A stretch of 45,136 nt of DNA, taken from IMG/VR virus record IMGVR_UViG_3300035502_000495; one strand, written 5' to 3'. Under the pieces are notes generated by a model, which was given only the letters and a program-made list of their open reading frames with translations, was not told the DNA's origin and ran no database searches. Each line of letters opens with the position of its first letter. Position 1 is the stretch's first letter. The translations under genes were made by a program, and so were the position numbers. This DNA is from a virus (lineage: Duplodnaviria; Heunggongvirae; Uroviricota; Caudoviricetes). Positions 1 through 8,058 of this stretch are shown piece by piece.

Positions 1-2
1 AA

Positions 3-33
3 AAAGAAGTCTTTTCAGACCTCTTTATTTTTT
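3..33 (-). terminator. intrinsic terminator
   Basis: Minus-strand AAAGAGGTC-TGAAAA-GACTTCTTT hairpin plus T-run directly after the stop at 34; same family as 1698 and 4591. Confidence 0.75.
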
Positions 34-297
34 CTATTGTTCATAAAATGCGTTACCTTCTAAATCTGTAATTGCCATTAAATCACCTGAACCTTTAATA
101 ATAGTCAGATTTTCGTGTTCTTTAAAAGACATTTTTTCTTTAAGGTTTTCGATATATTCATCAATATCCTTTTCTCTTCCCTCTTTATCCTCATAAATAA
201 TAGAAGTTCCATATTGATTTGTATATTCGTTACTTTCAAACATGGTCTCATCAATATCTACTAATACATCAAAACTTACAGTTGCAATTGCTTTCAT
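34..297 (-). CDS. hypothetical early protein (87 aa, acidic)
   Basis: ORF with AGAGAGG RBS, own promoter at 352-380 and terminator at 1-33. Confidence 0.85.
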   Translation of the reverse strand: MKAIATVSFDVLVDIDETMFESNEYTNQYGTSIIYEDKEGREKDIDEYIENLKEKMSFKEHENLTIIKGSGDLMAITDLEGNAFYEQ

Positions 298-389
298 TTT
301 AAAATCCTCTCTTTCTTTTTTAAAAGTTTATTTGTTTCATTTGATATATTTATTATAACACTTTATCTTTTGTATGTCAATAGTTTTTA

Positions 390-704
390 TTATTTTTTTC
401 TATGTTTTGTAAGAGTAATTGAATAATCATTATTACCAATTTTAATTTGAATTTCATGTTGCGGATTAATAATTTTAATTTCATCAGCTATTAGCATTTC
501 AGCAATTACTTTAATAATTTCTACTTTTTCAGTATCAACTTTTAATGTGCGGTTTGCAGGTTTTTTGCTCTTAATATCTCCCTCATATCGCCTACCATTT
601 GATTTATTTTTTAATTCCATTTCCGCAGCTTCTTCTTTTGTTACTGGTTCACCATCAGCTTCACATTCTTCCATAATTTGTTTGATTAATTTCTCTTTAT
701 CCAT
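390..704 (-). CDS. hypothetical early protein (104 aa; start moved to MDKEK)
   Basis: GAGAGAGG RBS precedes the ATG at 704; promoter at 737-765. Confidence 0.85.
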   Translation of the reverse strand: MDKEKLIKQIMEECEADGEPVTKEEAAEMELKNKSNGRRYEGDIKSKKPANRTLKVDTEKVEIIKVIAEMLIADEIKIINPQHEIQIKIGNNDYSITLTKHRKK

Positions 705-798
705 TGTTTTAACCTCTCTTTCCTTTTGATATATTAAGTATATCATACTTTCATTTTAATGTCAATAGGAAATTTGCGACGTGCAAAAAAGACAAGTG

Positions 799-1518
799 TT
801 ATTTAAACACCTGTCTCAATTCTAATTCTTTTCTTTTCTTTTGTGGCAACCGCCAACAAGCTGTATTAATAGATTTATCCATTTTCTTATGAGTGGCAAA
901 ACATTTTGCCATAATTTCAACTTCAATTTCTACATCTTCTAAACCTGTATGACTTTCTACAAAATCAGTATAATTTGTAAGATATTTATAACAACATTCT
1001 GCCGAAGTTTGAATGTTATTTTTTTCACTAACTAATCCATTCTGTAAAGCAAATTTTATATATGTAGTTCTATTTAGCACAGTTTGGCAAGCCATGTTCC
1101 AAATACAAAAGTATTCAGTCCCAAAAGGAAAAAACCACCTAATTAATGATTTACTATGATAGCGAATTGCATTGTTTAAAGCTCTTTTATCAAAGCCCAT
1201 GTTATAAGCACCAACTTTTTTAATTTTCCATGCTTTCATGTCAGTATGTACTTGTTTTCTGATATTAAAAATAGATTTAATTGTTCTGTCACCATTTTTA
1301 ATATCTTCCCAATATTGAGGAATTTTTTCAGCGAAATATGCACTTTTCATCATTTCTTGATTATCCAAAAAAGTTTCCGCAACTACATAACTTCTTCTTA
1401 AAACAATGTTACCTTTTCTATCTGTGATTGCATATCCAACATCATAAGGTAGTGGCTGTTCAATTGTGTTCGCTGTTTCTGTGTCAATTACTAAAAAGTA
1501 TTCTTTTCTTCTTCCCAT
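799..1518 (-). CDS. DEDDh (DnaQ-like) 3'-5' exonuclease
   Basis: ExoI motif VIDTET, ExoII YNMGFD, ExoIII HTGLED. Confidence 0.85.
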   Translation of the reverse strand: MGRRKEYFLVIDTETANTIEQPLPYDVGYAITDRKGNIVLRRSYVVAETFLDNQEMMKSAYFAEKIPQYWEDIKNGDRTIKSIFNIRKQVHTDMKAWKIKKVGAYNMGFDKRALNNAIRYHSKSLIRWFFPFGTEYFCIWNMACQTVLNRTTYIKFALQNGLVSEKNNIQTSAECCYKYLTNYTDFVESHTGLEDVEIEVEIMAKCFATHKKMDKSINTACWRLPQKKRKELELRQVFK

Positions 1519-1639
1519 GTTTGTTTACCTCTCTTTTTATTTGATATATTTATTATACATCTTTATGGGAAAATAATCAATATACAAAATACACAAAAAT
1601 GCGGAAGAAAATTTGTTGAATATGTATATTGACAGGAAC

Positions 1640-1677
1640 TGGCAGGCTGACGTAGAGTAGCGTACGTCAGCCTGCCA
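1640..1677. repeat. conserved-loop hairpin E1 (15-bp perfect stem, loop GAGTAGCG)
   Basis: TGGCAGGCTGACGTA-GAGTAGCG-TACGTCAGCCTGCCA. Confidence 0.95.
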
Positions 1678-1697
1678 CCCAATTTAGCAAAAAGAAA

Positions 1698-1719
1698 GAG
1701 AGGTCTGAAAAGACCTCTC
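1698..1719 (-). terminator. intrinsic terminator
   Basis: GAGAGGTCT-GAAA-AGACCTCTC with a plus-strand A-run to its left (U-tract on minus), after the stop at 1724. Confidence 0.85.
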
Positions 1720-1723
1720 AAAT

Positions 1724-1927
1724 TTATGCTTCGTAAAATACTAAATCTCCATTATATACAGATGAAATACTTGTTTTTGTAATTTCGCCATGCGTATTTT
1801 TTAAATATTCTTCTAGAAGATTACATTCATCATCAGAAATATTATCTCTTACCTCGATAAAAGGTTGAATAATATCAACTGGGATATCAATAATTTCATC
1901 TGTAAATTTTGTTACTTTTAATTTCAT
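1724..1927 (-). CDS. hypothetical early protein (67 aa)
   Basis: ORF with GAGGTG RBS, ends at a terminator. Confidence 0.8.
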   Translation of the reverse strand: MKLKVTKFTDEIIDIPVDIIQPFIEVRDNISDDECNLLEEYLKNTHGEITKTSISSVYNGDLVFYEA

Positions 1928-1931
1928 ATTT

Positions 1932-2168
1932 TTACACCTCTCTTATATTATCAATTGTTAATTCTGCTGATACTTTTGTAACAAACTTTTCTGTAGGAAT
2001 AAAAAAAGTGTTCCCTATTTCTAAATCAACTGTATTTTGATATTCATTATCAACTTTTGTATCATTAATTTTCATACAAATAAATGGTCTTGTACCCCAT
2101 AAGAATACATCTCCAACACTTAAATCATCAAATTTTGTTTGACCTGTATATTTATTATTAATTTTCAT
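1932..2168 (-). CDS. hypothetical early protein (78 aa)
   Basis: ORF with GAGGAG RBS, in an operon with its neighbours. Confidence 0.8.
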   Translation of the reverse strand: MKINNKYTGQTKFDDLSVGDVFLWGTRPFICMKINDTKVDNEYQNTVDLEIGNTFFIPTEKFVTKVSAELTIDNIREV

Positions 2169-2171
2169 AAT

Positions 2172-2330
2172 TTAATTTCTCCTCTTATCTGAAATTGGAT
2201 TTAATAAATATTCATCTTTTAATTTAGTATATTTAGGTTGCGGACTTATACCTAAAACCTTTCCTAGTCCAACTGCCTCTTGATATGAAATTACCTCTTT
2301 ATTTCCTACTACATAAGTTAATTTTGTCAT
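2172..2330 (-). CDS. small hypothetical protein (52 aa, MTKLTYVVGNKEV..RRN), absent from the ORF track
   Basis: GAGAGG RBS, promoter at 2368-2396, stop abuts the next gene. Confidence 0.75.
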   Translation of the reverse strand: MTKLTYVVGNKEVISYQEAVGLGKVLGISPQPKYTKLKDEYLLNPISDKRRN

Positions 2331-2406
2331 TTTAAAATTCCTCTCTTTCTTTTTATTTTATATATTTATTATAACATTTTATCTTTTGTATGTCAAGTAT
2401 TTTTAT

Positions 2407-2667
2407 CTATTCTTCGTATAATACACACCCATTATATTTATCATTGCTTTCATTGCTTAGAATGTAAACCTCATTTAAACACATTGCTGTACTATCTAAG
2501 CCATATTTTTTTGAAATTTCATTAATAATATAATTATATAAATTATTTTCATCTATTCTATCAGTAACATAATCATTTGTATCACATGCCTTTAAATAAG
2601 GCTCAATAGTTGTTTTATCAGCTATATCTAATTTTATCGAAGCTCTTAATTCTACTTGTACTTTCAT
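2407..2667 (-). CDS. hypothetical early protein (86 aa)
   Basis: RBS and promoter at 2698-2726. Confidence 0.85.
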   Translation of the reverse strand: MKVQVELRASIKLDIADKTTIEPYLKACDTNDYVTDRIDENNLYNYIINEISKKYGLDSTAMCLNEVYILSNESNDKYNGCVLYEE

Positions 2668-2754
2668 ATTTATACCTCTCTTTCATTTGATATATTTATT
2701 ATACTACTTTATCTTTTGTATGTCAAGTATTTTTTTAAATTTTTTCTTTATTAT

Positions 2755-3024
2755 CTAATCTCTTTTGTAGTTCCTCAACTTCTTTATTTGTTTTTCCCAT
2801 AAGTTCCAATTTTTATAAGCGTAATTCATAATCTCTACAGCGTGTTGTACAAACATTTGTTTACTAGCAATTTCACATAACCATTGGAATACTTGATAAA
2901 TTTCAATTACATAAGGACTTTTTTCAAAGTCTGAAAAATGATATACAGTGTCGGGGTGCTTAGTGCTACCACCCCAACATTCACATACTAAATCATTTTC
3001 ATTATTTTTAAAAATCCTAACCAT
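2755..3024 (-). CDS. hypothetical early protein (89 aa)
   Basis: RBS and promoter at 3070-3098. Confidence 0.85.
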   Translation of the reverse strand: MVRIFKNNENDLVCECWGGSTKHPDTVYHFSDFEKSPYVIEIYQVFQWLCEIASKQMFVQHAVEIMNYAYKNWNLWEKQIKKLRNYKRD

Positions 3025-3066
3025 TTTTTGTTACCTCTCTTTTCTTTTTTATTTATCTTATATATA

Positions 3067-3255
3067 TTAATTATAATAAAATTCTTTTAATTTGTCAAGT
3101 GTTTTTTCATTTTCTTTTTTTAATTGATACATTCTATTTCCTAAACAAAACAGGCAACCGCCATGACAGCGACAACTTTTATCAATTTGCTCGCAGTATT
3201 TATAATAAGGTTTTCTGTGTTCCCTCCCATATTTGATAGCTTTATCCATGCTCAT
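3067..3255 (-). CDS. small basic Cys/His-rich (putative Zn-binding) protein
   Basis: CRCHGGCLFC motif; RBS; promoter at 3287-3315. Confidence 0.75.
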   Translation of the reverse strand: MSMDKAIKYGREHRKPYYKYCEQIDKSCRCHGGCLFCLGNRMYQLKKENEKTLDKLKEFYYN

Positions 3256-3374
3256 TTTTATTTACCTCTCTTCCTTTTCTTCATATAGTATACACCTAAT
3301 ACGGGATTTTTACAATAGGCAAATAGACAAATTTTCTGCGGAAAATTTATGCAACATTACTACTTGACAGGACT

Positions 3375-3412
3375 TGGGTCGCTCACATAGAGGAGCGTAT
3401 GTGAGCGACCCA
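3375..3412. repeat. conserved-loop hairpin E2 (15-bp perfect stem, loop GAGGAGCG)
   Basis: TGGGTCGCTCACATA-GAGGAGCG-TATGTGAGCGACCCA. Confidence 0.95.
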
Positions 3413-3418
3413 TGCAAG

Positions 3419-3447
3419 AAAAGCCTTGGGAATTTTCCAAGGCTTTT
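3419..3447. terminator. intrinsic terminator (possibly bidirectional)
   Basis: AAAAGCCTTGG-N7-CCAAGGCTTTT downstream of 3513..3923. Confidence 0.8.
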
Positions 3448-3512
3448 AATTTATTCATTTATTAAATTTTTATTAAATTTGCAAGGCGGATTTGCTCCGC
3501 CTTGCTTTTCTC

Positions 3513-3923
3513 TTAGGCAAGTGAGAAAAATGCCTTTTTCTTATCCTCGGTTCTTACAACCTCATTTGTAGCACACAATTTCTTAACTAGTGCTGATAGT
3601 TTCTGATTTGTCATGGTCTTAGTTTCAGTACCTTCTACATAAGTCTTTAATCTATCATCAGTCATAAGCTCTGAAATTGTAACAGGCTTATCAGTTTCAG
3701 CAAGAACAGTCTTAATAGTATCTAGGATAGCTTCATTTGCCTGCTGTGTCTTAGTGTTACCACTCTTATTAGATTTCTTCTGTAGAAGTTCAACCTCATG
3801 GTCGATAAAAGCTAAGATGTCGGCTTTATTAGCGGTTTCCACACTTTCTACAATATTTCTTACCATTTCGAAATACTGTGCCTTTGTTACCTTTACTACC
3901 TTTGTTGTGTTTGTGTTTGTCAT
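3513..3923 (-). CDS. putative winged-helix DNA-binding protein (136 aa)
   Basis: C-terminal KPVTISEL..TNQKLSALVKKL..VVRTEDKKKAFFSL resembles a wHTH; preceded by tandem promoters. Confidence 0.6.
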   Translation of the reverse strand: MTNTNTTKVVKVTKAQYFEMVRNIVESVETANKADILAFIDHEVELLQKKSNKSGNTKTQQANEAILDTIKTVLAETDKPVTISELMTDDRLKTYVEGTETKTMTNQKLSALVKKLCATNEVVRTEDKKKAFFSLA

Positions 3924-4126
3924 AATTCATTACCTCTTTCTTTCTTTAAAATTATTTGTTTTTGTTTCCTTTAATATATTTATTATATCATTTCTTTATT
4001 CAGTTGTCAAGACTTTTTTTAAAAATCTTTTTAAGATTTTTCTTTTCTCTTTTGTTTTTCTATATATTTATTATACTATTTTATTTTTTGTTTGTCAAGA
4101 GTTTTTTATTTTTTTTGTTGTGGGAA

Positions 4127-4279
4127 TTACTTTACATAATTCCCAGCAACTGCCTTGAGGCTCCCATCAGGATTGAAAAAAATAACATTATCTTGAATAA
4201 CTCTAATTCCTTTAGCTCTTGCCTCAGCTCTAAAAACATAATCACTTTTATACTTTTTTAAAAAATCTGCTTTACTCAT
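4127..4279 (-). CDS. small hypothetical protein (50 aa, MSKADFLKKY..NYVK), absent from the ORF track
   Basis: AAGAGGT RBS; promoters at 4316-4344 and 4412-4440. Confidence 0.75.
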   Translation of the reverse strand: MSKADFLKKYKSDYVFRAEARAKGIRVIQDNVIFFNPDGSLKAVAGNYVK

Positions 4280-4498
4280 TTTTGTTTACCTCTTTCCTTT
4301 TCTTTTTATATATTTATTATATCATTTCTTATAAGGTTTGTCAAGACTTTTTTTAAAATTTTTTATTTTTTTCTTGGTGTTGTTTCTGTCTTTCCCTTAC
4401 CTTATATAAATATTATACTAAAATTTTTTATTAATTACAATAGTTAAAATGACTAAAATTATAGGATTATTTTTGTGTATTTTTTTTATTAAAAATCC

Positions 4499-4527
4499 TT
4501 GACAAAAAGTGCGGCGAGTGGTATAAT
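4499..4527 (+). promoter_or_regulatory. perfect plus-strand sigmaA promoter, back-to-back with the early promoters and pointing into hairpin E3
   Basis: TTGACA-17-TATAAT with extended -10 TG. Confidence 0.8.
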
Positions 4528-4536
4528 AGAATTTTC

Positions 4537-4570
4537 GGGCAGCCACGTAGAGCAGCGTACGTGGCTGCCC
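4537..4570. repeat. conserved-loop hairpin E3 (13-bp perfect stem, loop GAGCAGCG)
   Basis: GGGCAGCCACGTA-GAGCAGCG-TACGTGGCTGCCC. Confidence 0.95.
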
Positions 4571-4590
4571 CGTCAAGAATAAAAAAGAAA

Positions 4591-4614
4591 AGAGAGGTCT
4601 GAAAAGACCTCTCT
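4591..4614 (-). terminator. intrinsic terminator
   Basis: AGAGAGGTCT-GAAA-AGACCTCTCT overlapping the stop of 4613..4921; U-tract on minus. Confidence 0.85.
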
Positions 4615-4921
4615 AAGCATAATCACCCTCATTATCTTGCCATTCTTCTTTTGTAATGATATCAAAATTACCCCAACAATCTGACCTAAAAAATTCTTGC
4701 GCCTGCTCGATAGCGTCATCATAATCTTCTAAGGTTTCATAGTCATCACTATCGATATCTTCTGTTGCTAAATACATTAATGACTCTGTATGGTCTTGGA
4801 CTAATTCATCTAAGTATTCATTCAAATGTTCTTTTGTTTGCTCTTGTTTAAAACAGATATATTTATCCTCATCAAAACCGCAGTAAGGAGTTGTTAAATA
4901 AAAATGAACGTATTGTTCCAT
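4613..4921 (-). CDS. highly acidic small protein (102 aa), DNA-mimic candidate
   Basis: 30 D/E versus 5 K/R by manual count; GAAGGTG RBS. Confidence 0.8.
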   Translation of the reverse strand: MEQYVHFYLTTPYCGFDEDKYICFKQEQTKEHLNEYLDELVQDHTESLMYLATEDIDSDDYETLEDYDDAIEQAQEFFRSDCWGNFDIITKEEWQDNEGDYA

Positions 4922-4941
4922 ATTTTCACCTTCTTTCTTTT

Positions 4942-5022
4942 AGGGCTGAACTTCTTTTCCTAAGCAATCAACTTCTTTACCAAGAAATCAATCGCCTGTA
5001 CTTGTTAGAAGTCCGACACCCT
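4942..5022 (-). ncRNA. structured RNA A (G.U-containing hairpin, leader or sRNA)
   Basis: Starts just after promoter 5035-5063; 8+5-bp outer stems enclose a 14-bp hairpin with 4 G.U pairs; no ORF. Confidence 0.6.
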
Positions 5023-5059
5023 TTATTTATATTTATTATATCATTTTATTTTTCTTTTG

Positions 5060-5302
5060 TCAATAGATTTTATCAATTTTCATTGTTGTAATAGAAAAAC
5101 AGTCTATAGGAGATAAACGACACACATCTTCTAATCGGTAGTATTTTCCATTTTCATCAAAAAAATCATCATCAGTTCTTTCAGCAATTTTAGTATTAAT
5201 ACAATTTTTAGCTTTTTCTTCAGTTGTAAAAATACCTATCGCTTTTTCACAACCATTTGCTATGTCAATGCACTCATTAACTATATACAATTTATTTATC
5301 AT
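5060..5302 (-). CDS. hypothetical early protein (80 aa)
   Basis: ORF with AGAGAGG RBS. Confidence 0.8.
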   Translation of the reverse strand: MINKLYIVNECIDIANGCEKAIGIFTTEEKAKNCINTKIAERTDDDFFDENGKYYRLEDVCRLSPIDCFSITTMKIDKIY

Positions 5303-5353
5303 ATTTGATTGCCTCTCTTTTATTTGATATATTTATTATAGCATTTTATTTTT

Positions 5354-5575
5354 TTATTTATCGCCCCATTTTAATTCAACTTTTCCAAAAGTTATTTTAC
5401 AAGTAATAAGAATAAAAAGAAGTTCTTTATAACTTAAAATTGGAATACAAGCAAAATATCCATTAAGAATAATTAATACTTGTTTAATTAATAATGGTGG
5501 AATAGCAATAAAGATAATTAATACTAATATTAATTTAACAATGCTATTTACTATTTTTATATACTCTTCGTTCAT
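5354..5575 (-). CDS. small membrane protein (73 aa)
   Basis: Two hydrophobic segments; RBS; promoter at 5609-5637. Confidence 0.75.
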   Translation of the reverse strand: MNEEYIKIVNSIVKLILVLIIFIAIPPLLIKQVLIILNGYFACIPILSYKELLFILITCKITFGKVELKWGDK

Positions 5576-5697
5576 TTTTTTGTTACCTCTCTTTCATTTG
5601 ATAATATAAGTATATCATAATATAGGATTAAGGTCAATGTACAGAATAACTAAAATTTTGGTAAAAAATTTGTGCAACATTACTACTTGACAGGAAC

Positions 5698-5735
5698 TGG
5701 CTCAGCAACGTAGAGTAGCGTACGTTGCTGAGCCA
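5698..5735. repeat. conserved-loop hairpin E4 (15-bp perfect stem, loop GAGTAGCG)
   Basis: TGGCTCAGCAACGTA-GAGTAGCG-TACGTTGCTGAGCCA. Confidence 0.95.
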
Positions 5736-5748
5736 CTCAAAAGAAAAA

Positions 5749-5764
5749 AGAGGCTCAAGCCTCT
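5749..5764 (-). terminator. intrinsic terminator
   Basis: AGAGGC-TCAA-GCCTCT with U-tract on minus, after the stop at 5778. Confidence 0.7.
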
Positions 5765-5777
5765 CTTAATAAACTAT

Positions 5778-6167
5778 TTACATTTTTAAACCTCTTTCCA
5801 TAAGATATTGTATAGCCTTTTCACTGTCAAACCAGTTTAAAACGACTGATAAAGGTGGATTATCCTCTTTAAATTCGACAGTCATATACATATTATCTAA
5901 TTGTTTAGTTTTCCATTCTTTTATGTCTTTGATATGTTTTATTGTCATTGAATTAAAAAATGCAATTACTTGACCTTTTTTAAATTGCCATATATTAAAA
6001 GGTAAAAATATCCCATACTTACTATAATTTTCTTTTAAATTATCCCATGTAAAATAAATTTTTTGATTTTGGATATTTTTTTCATCTGCCAAAGTTCTAT
6101 TTGTAAAAGAGCTTATTAATTCATCTTTATAGTAAAATTTAAAGAACCCTATATAAAAATTTGTCAT
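5778..6167 (-). CDS. hypothetical early protein (129 aa)
   Basis: ORF with AGAGAGGT RBS. Confidence 0.85.
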   Translation of the reverse strand: MTNFYIGFFKFYYKDELISSFTNRTLADEKNIQNQKIYFTWDNLKENYSKYGIFLPFNIWQFKKGQVIAFFNSMTIKHIKDIKEWKTKQLDNMYMTVEFKEDNPPLSVVLNWFDSEKAIQYLMERGLKM

Positions 6168-6171
6168 TTTA

Positions 6172-6297
6172 TTACCTCTCTTTTTTCTTTAATTCTTTTA
6201 ATTTGTTAATTTGTTCGCCATATGTTGGCGGTTTGCCATTTACCGCTTTATATCTCCATATCCAGTTATTTAGAACTTGTTGAATTTTATCTGTCAT
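6172..6297 (-). CDS. small hypothetical protein (41 aa, MTDKIQQVLNNWIWRY..KKER), absent from the ORF track
   Basis: Promoter at 6332-6360; GAAGG RBS-like sequence; stop lies in the RBS of the next gene. Confidence 0.6.
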   Translation of the reverse strand: MTDKIQQVLNNWIWRYKAVNGKPPTYGEQINKLKELKKKER

Positions 6298-6363
6298 AAC
6301 CGCCAACCTTCTTTCTTTTCTTTATATATTTATTATACTACTTTATTTATCATTTGTCAACAG

Positions 6364-6642
6364 TTATTCTTCAACCACTGTTAAAAAATTTAAACATTTA
6401 GATTTTTCATCATACAAAATATGCAAGTGTCCTTCGTCTGCCACACATTTCATAGTAGAGTGATTAATGACTTCTAACATTGTTAAGTCAGACATTTCTA
6501 CATTTTCTTCTAAAGATACGCTATCTACAATATGTGGGATTATGATTTCATTCTCCGACTTCTCAATAAAATCAACTTCCATGAATGATAAAAAATTTTT
6601 AATTCTAGCAAAACTATTTCTAATAAAAATATTGTGTTCCAT
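6364..6642 (-). CDS. hypothetical early protein (92 aa)
   Basis: ORF with AGAGGT RBS. Confidence 0.8.
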   Translation of the reverse strand: MEHNIFIRNSFARIKNFLSFMEVDFIEKSENEIIIPHIVDSVSLEENVEMSDLTMLEVINHSTMKCVADEGHLHILYDEKSKCLNFLTVVEE

Positions 6643-6728
6643 TTTATTACCTCTTTCTTTAAATGTTTTTTGTTTACATTTATATTATCTCTTTTGTATG
6701 TCAAGCATTTTAATTAAATCTTTTTCTA

Positions 6729-7196
6729 CTAGTTGCGATATTCCGCAACTAGTAAATCAACTAATTTAATTAAAATATTTTCATTTGCATTAATTGTATC
6801 GCCTAAATTCCAACCAATTCTGATTTTTTCATTGTCATCTATTAAAATTTGATAGCCGCCCTTTTTTCTAGTGCAATCGGCTTTTGTAGTGCCATATTTT
6901 ACAAGATGAATTTCATCATATGGAAACTGATATTTTGCAAGCCATTCTTTTTTTGCTTTTCTAACTTTTTCATCATATTCTTTTGAGCTATCTTTTGCCA
7001 ACCAACTTGTGATTACAATTTCCCAACCATTAGTTTTTAATAATCCTAAGATACTTGCAAGCGTGTCCATATCATACATTGGTTTTGCAATTTCATATGG
7101 TCTTGCATTTTCACTTCTCAAATCAACTAACCAATTTTCAACTCCATATAAATTTGCTAAAGTGCCGTCCATGTCAAATACTAATACTTTATTCAT
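6729..7196 (-). CDS. HAD-superfamily phosphatase, 5'(3')-deoxyribonucleotidase-like
   Basis: Motif I FDMDGT, motif II ITS, motif IV LIDDN. Confidence 0.8.
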   Translation of the reverse strand: MNKVLVFDMDGTLANLYGVENWLVDLRSENARPYEIAKPMYDMDTLASILGLLKTNGWEIVITSWLAKDSSKEYDEKVRKAKKEWLAKYQFPYDEIHLVKYGTTKADCTRKKGGYQILIDDNEKIRIGWNLGDTINANENILIKLVDLLVAEYRN

Positions 7197-7289
7197 TTTT
7201 ATTACCTCTCTTTTCTTTTCTTTATATATTTATTATAATACTTTATTTTTTATTTGTCAATAGTTTTTTTGAAAAAAGCTAAATTTTTT

Positions 7290-7736
7290 TTATTTAGCTT
7301 TTTTCAATTTTTCTAGCGTTCTTTCAACTACTATTTGAGCACCATTAAATTTAATTTGCACTTGTTTACCATTAATTTCTAAATCACCACTTACATAAAA
7401 TGGTACATTGTCTTTACCTCTAAATTCTTGACCATTCATTTCAGAAATAATTTTTTCAAACTGTACACCCTTATTATAATCACCATTTAAAATGTTTTCA
7501 TTTCCAATTGATACAGCTCCTTTTTTAATTAATTGTTTTTGATAATTTTGAGGCAATCTTAATTGTAATTTTGCACAACCGCCCTTTTTACTACTTTCAT
7601 GCTCAACTCTCATGTATCTTGGCATAATTTCGTTAACTTCTATCATATAAACTTCATGTTTATAAATAAATCCTAAAATATAGCTATCTGCGGCTGAAAA
7701 TTTTCTATAATTTCTAATCATTGTTTGTTTTGTCAT
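7290..7736 (-). CDS. hypothetical protein, possible PD-(D/E)XK-like fold (148 aa)
   Basis: NKGVQFE..SGDLEINGKQVQIK pattern; RBS; promoter at 7771-7799. Confidence 0.55.
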   Translation of the reverse strand: MTKQTMIRNYRKFSAADSYILGFIYKHEVYMIEVNEIMPRYMRVEHESSKKGGCAKLQLRLPQNYQKQLIKKGAVSIGNENILNGDYNKGVQFEKIISEMNGQEFRGKDNVPFYVSGDLEINGKQVQIKFNGAQIVVERTLEKLKKAK

Positions 7737-7832
7737 GGTCTTTTACCTCTTTCCTTTTCTTTATATATTTATTATAGCACGTTTAATGTGACTTGTCAAC
7801 TACTTTTTTAAAATTTTTTTATTTTCCCCAAT

Positions 7833-7911
7833 GGGGCTGTCAGTCACCTTAAACCAACCGCCTAGCCATATACTAAACGACCAATCCAAGTAGTGTGACC
7901 TCCGCAACCCC
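7833..7911 (-). ncRNA. structured RNA B (79-nt G.U-rich hairpin)
   Basis: Own promoter at 7933-7961; 7-bp, 6-bp and 19-bp stems, the last with 10 G.U pairs; folds only on the minus strand. Confidence 0.7.
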
Positions 7912-8020
7912 TTTCCTTTATCTTATATATATATTATACTCCCACCAACCGCAGAAGTCAATATACAAAATGACTAAAATTTCGGGATAAAATTTATGCA
8001 ATTTTTTTCATCTTTTTCTC

Positions 8021-8049
8021 TTGACAAAAGTTGCTGGGTATGATATAAT
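8021..8049 (+). promoter_or_regulatory. perfect plus-strand sigmaA promoter pointing into hairpin E5
   Basis: TTGACA-17-TATAAT with extended -10 TG. Confidence 0.8.
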
Positions 8050-8058
8050 AGATTTTTC

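Noticed and set aside
769-786. TTGC-GACGT-GCAA as a sixth conserved-loop hairpin
   Set aside because: It has only a 4-bp stem and lacks the GAGNAGCG loop; at most a decayed remnant.
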